64,000 nucleotides of DNA from the NCBI GenBank assembly GCA_044358835.1, contig JBIKNF010000004.1, positions 20,047-84,046 of the forward strand, given 5' to 3'. The position numbers and the translations under genes were made by a program. The notes beneath the pieces are model-generated. The model saw nothing but the letters and a program-made list of their open reading frames with translations, did no database searches and was not told where the DNA came from. Below are positions 57,028-64,000 of this stretch, in pieces (the first letter of the stretch is position 1; each line of letters begins with the position of its first letter). The DNA comes from Vampirovibrionales bacterium. Lineage in GTDB: Bacteria; Cyanobacteriota; Vampirovibrionia; Vampirovibrionales; JAJTHC01.

Positions 57028-58047
57028 TTAGTGGATAAATTGCTTCAGCACGTAAAAATACAAGGGAATCCCAAAGGTGACATTAAACGTAAAGGTGACC
57101 CCAAGCGCCACGGGTAACAGCAGGGACATATTGGCTTTGGGAATGGCCGTGCGCATGGCGGCAGGCACCGCGACATAAGACGCCGAAGAAATAAGCACCA
57201 TTAAAATCAATGCATCCCCCACGTGAAGGTTGAGCAGTCGGGCCAGGCCCAAGCCTACAGAAGCCCCCACCAAGGGGTACAACAGGCCAAAGCTAATCAA
57301 AAACCCACTGGATTCTTTGAAATCTGAAAAACGTTTGGCCGCAATAATGCCCATGTCTAACATGTAGAAGGACAACACGCCTTTAAAAATGTCGTCCACA
57401 AAAGGCTTGAGTTCTTCAGCCCCTGCTTTACCGCCTAAAATACCAATTACTAAACTGCCCACCAGCAATAAAACGGAACCATTTAAAAACGCTTCATGCA
57501 ATACCGCTTTTATGTTGACAGGTCGAGACGGACGCGGTTCTTGAAGTTCACCTGCCCCTTGTTGGGCAAGGGCTTCTTTACGCTGGGTTTTAGAAAGTTG
57601 ATACAAAAGTAAACCCGCAATAATGGCAGGGGATTCCATAAGCGCCATACAGGCAACCATGTAGCCTGAAAATTCCGTATGCTGTGTGCCTAAGAAAGAC
57701 ACGGCGGTGGCAAAAGTCACCGCACTGACTGAACCATATGTTGCGGCAATGGCTGAAGCATCGTGTGGTTTTAATTTAAAACGCAAAATTTTATATAAGC
57801 CAAAGGGCATTAAAAAGGACACCGAAATACAGACGAGCATCATCACAATCATGTGAGGATCTAAGCCACTTTTAAAGAGGGCTTCCCCCCCGTGGATCCC
57901 AATGTCAAACAACAAATATAGGGACAAAAACTTACTAATTTGCGAAGGAATTTCAAGGTTAGAACGCACCATAACAGACGTTAAACCCAAGATAAAAAAC
58001 ATCACGGGCGGGTGCATCACATTTTGTAACAGGGATTCTACAAACAT
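57028..58047 (-). CDS. sbtA: Sodium-dependent bicarbonate transporter family permease (SbtA/DUF897)
   Basis: PPVMFFILG, SNLEIP, YLLFDIGIHGG, YGSVSAVTF, MALMESPAII, SASYVAVPAAMR and GVTFTFN. Confidence 0.9.
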   Translation of the reverse strand: MFVESLLQNVMHPPVMFFILGLTSVMVRSNLEIPSQISKFLSLYLLFDIGIHGGEALFKSGLDPHMIVMMLVCISVSFLMPFGLYKILRFKLKPHDASAIAATYGSVSAVTFATAVSFLGTQHTEFSGYMVACMALMESPAIIAGLLLYQLSKTQRKEALAQQGAGELQEPRPSRPVNIKAVLHEAFLNGSVLLLVGSLVIGILGGKAGAEELKPFVDDIFKGVLSFYMLDMGIIAAKRFSDFKESSGFLISFGLLYPLVGASVGLGLARLLNLHVGDALILMVLISSASYVAVPAAMRTAIPKANMSLLLPVALGVTFTFNVTFGIPLYFYVLKQFIH

Positions 58048-58282
58048 ACAGACTACCTCTTTGCATCGATGCTAAAGTCGCCCAATCGAAAAGAAAAGGA
58101 ACGCCGCAGCAGAGGCTTACTTGGGGGAGGGGCTTTTTCTACTATAAACGTCTACCCCAAAAGGGACAAGTTCTTTTCAGAAAAACCCCGCTTTTCAGGG
58201 GGGGGTAAAAGTGTCGTGAGTCTTGAACATTATGGTATAATGCCCGTATTGTGTTATTGTTCCTAATTTGATGAGGTGCCTT

Positions 58283-59176
58283 ATGAAACGTCTTTTTTCA
58301 GTCCTATGGGTGGTGTTCAGTGTGCTAATCACGTGTGCGAACGTTTCACCCGCTGTGTATGCCGCCACCCCTGAAGCAGAAGCTTACTATACCCAAGCCA
58401 TGCAAGCTTACGAACAAAAAGGCTTTATTCAAGCCGCTAGCCTCTTTCAAAAGGCCGCTGAAGCAGACAATACCTACATTGACGCGTGGTTTAACCTAGG
58501 GGCTGTTCAGTACAGACTTAATAAGTATGAAGAGGCGCGTAATGCCTTTCAAAAAGCGTTGTGGCGTTCCCCCAATGACAATGAAATTCGCTACAACTTA
58601 GGGGCTTCGCTCGCTAAGTTGGGGCGTAATACCGAAGCGTTGGAACAATTCAATAAAATTCCTGCCACCCACCCCAAGTACTCGGAAGCCCAAACGCAAC
58701 TCGCTTCCTTAAACAAATCCACCGTGGTGACTAAACCGACTGTGGCAACCAAACCTACCCCAGTAGCCAAAAAAAGCCAAACAAACGTCAATGCCGTGGC
58801 CCTTGGTGGCACAGGGCTCTATGCCAAGGGGTTGGTTGGCCCTACTGGCATTGCCGTGGGCAGTAACGGTGAACTGTATGTGGCGAATTACACAAAAAAT
58901 AACATTGTGCGCATTTTGCCCAACGGCAGTCAAAGCACCTTGGCACAAGGGGGCTTGATCAATGGGCCTATTGGTTTGGTGCGGGATCCTCGAAATGGGA
59001 ACCTGTATGTGGCCAACTACATTAGCGGAGAAATCGTAAGCATTAGCCCCAGTGGCACGATTAGTTCCCTGAAAAAAGGCTACGGCAAGCCGTATTACTT
59101 GTATTTTGACGCCCTGACCAATCGGTTGTTTGTGTCTGAACAAGAAGGCAATCAGGTTTCGGTAATTAAGCTCTAA
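58283..59176 (+). CDS. Exported TPR-repeat protein with C-terminal NHL/beta-propeller domain
   Basis: Signal peptide, TPR motifs (AWFNLGAVQYRL, IRYNLGASL) and NHL-like repeats (GPTGIAV..NGELYVAN). Confidence 0.85.
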   Translation: MKRLFSVLWVVFSVLITCANVSPAVYAATPEAEAYYTQAMQAYEQKGFIQAASLFQKAAEADNTYIDAWFNLGAVQYRLNKYEEARNAFQKALWRSPNDNEIRYNLGASLAKLGRNTEALEQFNKIPATHPKYSEAQTQLASLNKSTVVTKPTVATKPTPVAKKSQTNVNAVALGGTGLYAKGLVGPTGIAVGSNGELYVANYTKNNIVRILPNGSQSTLAQGGLINGPIGLVRDPRNGNLYVANYISGEIVSISPSGTISSLKKGYGKPYYLYFDALTNRLFVSEQEGNQVSVIKL

Positions 59177-59276
59177 TCAATGTTCCACGCCCCCTTGGGA
59201 AACTTAAGGGGGCATTTTCAAGATTATGGCTTGACTCTCATCTATGCTTGGCTTACTCTTATACAAGTTCAAGAAT

Positions 59277-59348
59277 GCGTCCATAGCTCAGCGGTAGAGC
59301 AGTCCCCTTTTAAGGGAAAGGTCCTGAGTTCGAATCTCAGTGGACGCA
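59277..59348 (+). tRNA. tRNA-Lys (TTT), CCA not encoded
   Basis: Acceptor GCGTCCA/TGGACGC, D-arm GCTC/GAGC, anticodon loop CTTTTAA and T-arm CTGAG-TTCGAAT-CTCAG. Promoter TTGACT-17-TACTCT at 59231-59259. Confidence 0.96.
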
Positions 59349-59350
59349 TA

Positions 59351-59383
59351 AAAGCCCCACAACTTGCTTGTTGGGGCTTTTTT
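59351..59383 (+). terminator. Intrinsic terminator after tRNA-Lys
   Basis: AAAGCCCCA(C)AAC-TTGCTT-GTTGGGGCTTT plus a T run. Confidence 0.85.
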
Positions 59384-59520
59384 ATACAAGAAAAGGCAAA
59401 CGTCGATTTTCCACCATATAGGGGATGCTTTTCACAAGTCGTTTTGGTATCGTATACTTAATGTACACCTCAAGGCTAGTTGCGACTGCGTTGAGCCTAA
59501 CACAAGGATTGATCTGAGTG

Positions 59521-59970
59521 ATGATGATGATGTCTCTTTCAAACACGACCCTTCGCCCCAGTCGAAGACGCACCCCCCCCGCTCAAGAAAGCCACACCCC
59601 CACCGTGTGGATCGTGGAAGATGAAGCCAAGTGGCAAGACGCCTTTTCACTTCTAGTGGGCATGGCCTTTGCGGGTGCTCACATTCAACAAGCGGATTGT
59701 GCCGAAAAAACGCAAGATTGGTTGACCCTTAGTGCCAAGCAAACGGCCCCCCAGTGGGCGGATGCCGTGTTGATGGATTGGCAGCTCGCCAATGGCGATG
59801 ACGGCTTGGCGTTGGTGAACGCGTGGGTGGAAGCGGGTTTGCCAGCAGAACGAGTGATTATCGTGAGTGGGGCGGATGATGTGCCGTCGCATCCTTACAC
59901 AGTGGTGACCAAATCGCAAGCTGGGGCTTTGCTGGTGCCGACCCTATTGCAACTGGCGAATAAAGTCTAA
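59521..59970 (+). CDS. Stand-alone response-regulator receiver protein
   Basis: VWIVEDE, phospho-acceptor VLMDW, IIVSG and VVTKS. Confidence 0.8.
   Translation: MMMMSLSNTTLRPSRRRTPPAQESHTPTVWIVEDEAKWQDAFSLLVGMAFAGAHIQQADCAEKTQDWLTLSAKQTAPQWADAVLMDWQLANGDDGLALVNAWVEAGLPAERVIIVSGADDVPSHPYTVVTKSQAGALLVPTLLQLANKV
59946..59970. repeat. 25-bp direct repeat, left boundary of the RT islet
   Basis: ATTGCAACTGGCGAATAAAGTCTAA, identical to 61950-61974. Confidence 0.95.
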
Positions 59971-60081
59971 GGTCTCTTTAAGCTGTCCCACTTGTGGGTT
60001 AAGGGGCGGTTAAACCCTAGACTCCGTTTGTGGTATCATAATTCTCTTAGGTTTGTTTTATTTGTGGAGTGTCCTTTTATT

Positions 60082-61905
60082 ATGGTAGATATATTACCTA
60101 TATTTTTAGATGACAAACAGGCTGATTTTTTTACAAACACGGATAAAATCCCACCTTATTTTACGACCAAGTTTTTTTTTGATTTTATCAATAAACAAAA
60201 AAAAATAAACACATTGTTGACAAAAAAGATTAAAGAAACCAAATGCCTTCGATTTACAGCACCCAATAAAAAAACTTCACATAGAAGAGAATTAAAAGTT
60301 CCAAACCCTTATGTATACTTACAATTAGCTCATAAAGTATCAGAACTCTACACAAAGCAACAAGATAAAGACACAGTCCCAAATTTAAAAACAGATAAGC
60401 TCTTGAACCTTCAGTTTGAAAAAGAAAAACCTATCTTAAAAAAACATGACGTAATCAGTTCAAGGTGTTACAAGGATGTTCAAGGCTATTCTTATCATTT
60501 AAAAATAGACATCAGTCAATTTTATCCAAGTATTTACACTCATTCAATACCATGGGCTGTTTTAGGAAAAAAGGATGCAAAGAAAAAGTATAATGATTCG
60601 AGTCTTAAATGTGATCTATATAAGTTAGGGGATGAAATAGACAAATTACTAGAAAAGATGAATAGCAAGCAAACCAAAGGAATACCTGTTGGAGCGACGT
60701 TATTTCATTTTGTGGCAAAGCTAATTACAGACAGAATAGATAAAGAATTTAGTGATTTTATTGAAAAAGGCAAGATAGATTGTGAGTTTAGTCATTATGT
60801 AGATGATTACTACGTATTTTGTCATAGTGAAGCAGATGCAAATCGTCTTCTTTCTGAATTCGGAAACATTTTAAATCGCTATGAATTACATATAAATGCT
60901 AACAAAACCCAAATTACTCATGTTGATGAATGGTCAGTTCTCCCTTTTTGGCGACCCATTATAGAAGAAGTATTAGATGTATTTAATGATTTAAAAAATG
61001 ATGTTCTTTGGTCAAAATTAACCGAAAAAAGACTATTACGCTGTTTTGAAAGAATAAGGCAATTAAGAAAAGGGAAATATAAAGCAGAACAGCATTTAAA
61101 TTATTTCCTTTCATCCTTATTGAGTCTTTTAGAAAAACCTTTATTAGAATATTACGCTATTCTCTTCATGAATTTTTTAATAGAAGTTTCTAAAGATCCT
61201 CTAGAGGTTACTTTAATGTATCCACGACCTTCTTCTCCATTATTTATAAGTCTTTACCTGAGTGTTCATGACTTTCAAACACTTGTAGAGACCTTTATTC
61301 TTCCTTTCATTATGCAATGTATTTCACTAGAACCTTCAACCATTCGATACATAGCGGAGCAAAAAACTGTTAAAATGCTCAAACCTTTCCTTCAGAACAA
61401 TGAAAAGTCTAAGAAAGTAATAAAAGCGACTCTTCAAAAAACGATAGACCGTTATTACACTCAAGAGCTGATGTGGGTATTGTATGTTTTGATTGAATAT
61501 GAGCTATTAGATATTGTTGCTAATGATAAAAATGATCTATACGAGAGACTCAAGGAATATCCTAACTCAATGGTAAAATGTTTAGTTATGGAAATTGAAC
61601 TTGATCCAAATTTTTGTAGTGGTTTTGAAGAAAGTTTATTCGAGAAAACAAAATCGGACTATAAAAAATTTAAAGATGAAGATTGGAAGGATCTATTTAA
61701 AAGTGAAGATTGGCTTTTGTACTTTTTTATGCGAGGCAAGGGACGTGAACAAAATGAGGATTTCACACTCTGCGAAACAGGCATCCCGTTAATAGATAAT
61801 TTTTTCAAAGCGACGACAGGAAACAAAACGTTTTTTGATAAAGAGGCTAAAGTTCTCAAACGAAGCTATTATGACCCACATTTTCAGAATGATGCATCAT
61901 CCTAA
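60082..61905 (+). CDS. Abi/UG-class reverse transcriptase (AbiK-like), 607 aa, probable anti-phage protein
   Basis: RRELKVPNP, DISQFYPSIYTHSIPWA, QTKGIPVG, HYVDDY and INANKT motifs, plus a long helical C-terminal region. Visibly AT-rich; ATG at 60082 after a GGAG SD. Confidence 0.9.
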   Translation: MVDILPIFLDDKQADFFTNTDKIPPYFTTKFFFDFINKQKKINTLLTKKIKETKCLRFTAPNKKTSHRRELKVPNPYVYLQLAHKVSELYTKQQDKDTVPNLKTDKLLNLQFEKEKPILKKHDVISSRCYKDVQGYSYHLKIDISQFYPSIYTHSIPWAVLGKKDAKKKYNDSSLKCDLYKLGDEIDKLLEKMNSKQTKGIPVGATLFHFVAKLITDRIDKEFSDFIEKGKIDCEFSHYVDDYYVFCHSEADANRLLSEFGNILNRYELHINANKTQITHVDEWSVLPFWRPIIEEVLDVFNDLKNDVLWSKLTEKRLLRCFERIRQLRKGKYKAEQHLNYFLSSLLSLLEKPLLEYYAILFMNFLIEVSKDPLEVTLMYPRPSSPLFISLYLSVHDFQTLVETFILPFIMQCISLEPSTIRYIAEQKTVKMLKPFLQNNEKSKKVIKATLQKTIDRYYTQELMWVLYVLIEYELLDIVANDKNDLYERLKEYPNSMVKCLVMEIELDPNFCSGFEESLFEKTKSDYKKFKDEDWKDLFKSEDWLLYFFMRGKGREQNEDFTLCETGIPLIDNFFKATTGNKTFFDKEAKVLKRSYYDPHFQNDASS

Positions 61906-61947
61906 CTAATCTTAATACCTCACCTCCCCCGCACTCCCATGGTAAGC

Positions 61948-63393
61948 TCATTGCAACTGGCGAATAAAGTCTAACGCCTCTTCTTTGCTATGGATGCGTC
62001 CCAAGGCGTGGGCGTCTTTGAGTTGTGCCAAGATCTGCCCTACCCGAGGGCTCGGGGGAATCCCCAACGCCTGCATGATGCTTTCACCGTCCAACAACGG
62101 CGGAGCCTGCCGTTGAGCCTTCCCCTGCCAATAGCGATGCAACAAATCCAGCAAGTCCGCTTGAGCCGTCGCCAAGGCTTCAGTCGTAAAGGCGTGACCC
62201 CGTGTACTTAAGGTATCCGCCAACGCCAGCACGATGAGAAAGGGCGTGTCTTCTGCGATACGCCGAAAAAAGCGGAGCCTGCTTTTTTCACTGCTTTGCT
62301 CGTCAAACGTACAGGGGTACAAATGCCATTCCACCAAGCGACTCACCCGATGCTTCACCGCTTGGCTCAGTTTCCATTCACTCAACAAAGGGCTAAGCAC
62401 GTCGACTCCCTTTTTTTCATGCCCGATGAATCGGTGCCGAAAGTTGGGTTCTACCTGCCATGTGTGCGGTTTGGCAATATCGTGAAACAGGCACGCCATT
62501 TTGACCAAGCCGTATTCGCTCGCCCCATGACTGCTGGGTTGTGTTAAGGCGTTTTGGGTGTGGGCGTCTAAAATAGGGTAAATGAGTTCAGCTTGACGGA
62601 TGAGTTCTAGGCTATGTTCCCACAACGGCAAGTGATGATGCGAATTGGGACTCACCATTTTCAGCGCTTTTAGGGGGGGGAACAACGCTTCTAAAATGCC
62701 AGCATCCGCCATGATTTGCATCGTGGGGAAGGCGTTTTCGGCGGAAAGCAACTTAAACCACTCGACTGCCATGCGTTCTTTGGCGACGCTATGTAAGTAA
62801 GGTAGGCAGGCTTTTGCCCAGTTTAAGGTTTTGGCTTCAATTGTAGTAGGGGTTTGAGCCGTGTTTAAGCTCGCATGAAAGCGAAAGATCCGTAAAATCC
62901 GCAAGGGATCGTCCTTAAGATTCTCAAGGCTCAAGGCTCGAATCACGCCAGCGTCTAAATCCGCTTGCCCCTCGTATAAATCGAGCAATTCACCGCGTTG
63001 CGTATGCACCGCTAGAGTATTGAGGCTTAAATCCCGACGCGCCAAGTCCGCTGTAATATCATCCCCTTGCACCTGAACGACATCCAAAAATAGCGGCGGG
63101 CGTTGCGTGTCTTCATGCAAGAAAACGACCCGATAAATCCCCCACGATTCATCCAACACCACCAACCGTGTATGCGGAACGGCGTCTTGCACGGCGTGAG
63201 CCACCGCTTTGGCGGACGCTCCCACAATACTCACGTCTATATCTTCAAGGGGAAAGGGCTTGTTGAGTAGTGCATCTCGAACGGCACCCCCCACGATGTA
63301 AGCGTCTGCTCCAGCGAAGGCTTTTAGCGCCTCATTTAGGGCGACAATGCGAACATCACTTAAAAGTTGGGCGAAAACATTAGTCGGATTCAT
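61948..63393 (-). CDS. cca: Class II tRNA nucleotidyltransferase with HD domain (probably CC-adding)
   Basis: IVGGAVRDALL, DIDV, DLARRDLSLN, DDPLRILRIFRF, ERMAVEWFKLL and LFHDIAKP. Confidence 0.88.
   Translation of the reverse strand: MNPTNVFAQLLSDVRIVALNEALKAFAGADAYIVGGAVRDALLNKPFPLEDIDVSIVGASAKAVAHAVQDAVPHTRLVVLDESWGIYRVVFLHEDTQRPPLFLDVVQVQGDDITADLARRDLSLNTLAVHTQRGELLDLYEGQADLDAGVIRALSLENLKDDPLRILRIFRFHASLNTAQTPTTIEAKTLNWAKACLPYLHSVAKERMAVEWFKLLSAENAFPTMQIMADAGILEALFPPLKALKMVSPNSHHHLPLWEHSLELIRQAELIYPILDAHTQNALTQPSSHGASEYGLVKMACLFHDIAKPHTWQVEPNFRHRFIGHEKKGVDVLSPLLSEWKLSQAVKHRVSRLVEWHLYPCTFDEQSSEKSRLRFFRRIAEDTPFLIVLALADTLSTRGHAFTTEALATAQADLLDLLHRYWQGKAQRQAPPLLDGESIMQALGIPPSPRVGQILAQLKDAHALGRIHSKEEALDFIRQLQ
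61950..61974. repeat. 25-bp direct repeat, right boundary of the RT islet
   Basis: Identical to 59946-59970; on the minus strand it encodes LDFIRQLQ of the cca-family gene. Confidence 0.95.
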
Positions 63394-64000
63394 GGGATCC
63401 TCCGAGTAGTAAGAGCGTAAGCCCTGCGAGGCTGGCGGTTTCGGCTCGCAAGATGCGGTTGCCTAAGTGACACGGCACCACCTGCGGATGGCTCATCAAC
63501 GCCTCTTTTTCAGCAGGCGACCAACCCCCTTCGGCCCCCACCCACAAACCCACTTGCGAATGGGGATTCATCCCTTGTACGGCGTGGCTTAAGGGCTCGA
63601 CGCTTTCGTTGTGACGTTCCACCAAGGCAACGCTTGCGGAGGGCGTTTGTGCTAAAGCATTTTGAAAGGCAAGCGGTGCGTAAACGTGCGGAATGTAGAG
63701 ACTTTCGCACTGCAGGGCGGCGTCTTTGACGATGCGTTGCCAGCGTTCTTGCTTATTGGTGCCATGCCCCCCCTTGATGACGGTGAACTCACTCAAGATC
63801 GGTTGAATGGCGTAAACCCCCAGTTCGCACGCTTTTTGAAGTACAACATCCCACGCGTGTTCTTTCAGCAGGCTGGCGTAAAGCGTGACCTTTAAGGCAG
63901 GCGTTGTATTAGGCACATCCACCATTTGCACATTTTTTAAGCGGATGCTTTTCTTGTCAATGGCTTCAATTTCGGCGTAAAAAACCTGCTGGTGTTGAGC
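63380..64000 (-). CDS. rsmE: 16S rRNA m3U1498 methyltransferase, 5' end outside the window
   Basis: LQKACELGV, RWQRIVKDAALQC, VGAEGGWS and LGNRILRAETA; the frame is open to the window edge. Confidence 0.93.
   Translation of the reverse strand, partial: AQHQQVFYAEIEAIDKKSIRLKNVQMVDVPNTTPALKVTLYASLLKEHAWDVVLQKACELGVYAIQPILSEFTVIKGGHGTNKQERWQRIVKDAALQCESLYIPHVYAPLAFQNALAQTPSASVALVERHNESVEPLSHAVQGMNPHSQVGLWVGAEGGWSPAEKEALMSHPQVVPCHLGNRILRAETASLAGLTLLLLGGSHESD

Noticed and set aside
59277-59348. tRNA-Lys or tRNA-Phe as island attachment sites
   Set aside because: I found no duplicate of either tRNA 3' end in the window. The RT islet boundary is about 600 bp downstream, in coding DNA.
59992-60081. 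Track start of the RT at GTG 59992
   Set aside because: The extension spans the predicted promoter and is compositionally unlike the gene. ATG 60082 has a GGAG SD.
59971-61949. RT as a group II intron or retron
   Set aside because: There is no domain V/VI-like sequence, maturase X pattern, retron VTG motif or inverted-repeat msr/msd, and the flanks are too short.

Overview
This 64-kb window is mostly core chromosome of a Gram-negative bacterium. The gene set looks cyanobacterial but has no photosynthesis genes, so a Vampirovibrionia/Melainabacteria lineage is inferred. Supporting features are the stand-alone atpD-atpC operon, a Ycf23/DUF561 gene, YvcK with N-terminal membrane helices, an Omp85 with about 3 POTRA domains and a loop-less tRNA nucleotidyltransferase. 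Core genes include gatA (partial), tRNA-Phe, crcB, rpsL-rpsG, rsmD, glgP, malQ, pepA, rimP-nusA-ylxR-infB-rbfA, xth, plsY-gpsA, a DinG helicase, trhO, bamA, atpDC, panD, a sigma-70 factor, hemL, recJ, yvcK, a Tat-exported SOD, sbtA-sbtB-DUF2490, tRNA-Lys, a cca-family gene and rsmE (partial). The strongest signal is two AT-rich single-gene islets with no integrase nearby, each bracketed by a direct repeat of a core gene's 3' end. (i) An AbiK-like reverse transcriptase (60082-61905) lies between 25-bp repeats that are at once the 3' end of a response regulator and the 3' end of the convergent cca-family gene. (ii) A lipoprotein gene (10099-10542) lies between 110-bp repeats of the glgP 3' end that differ only at synonymous sites. 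The intergenic DNA carries at least four dispersed repeat families. One is a 148-bp MITE-like element that appears to sit in a duplicated TTAA at the centre of an 18-bp palindrome, and empty copies of that palindrome are also present. Another is a 220-240-bp element with a 21-bp tandem array. Several enzymes have notable active-site changes: GlgP lacks the PLP lysine, ATP synthase epsilon lacks its C-terminal helices, and one lipoprotein is a probable pseudo-hydrolase. No CRISPR array, rRNA or intact transposase/integrase was found. All family assignments come from motif recognition by eye, not database searches.
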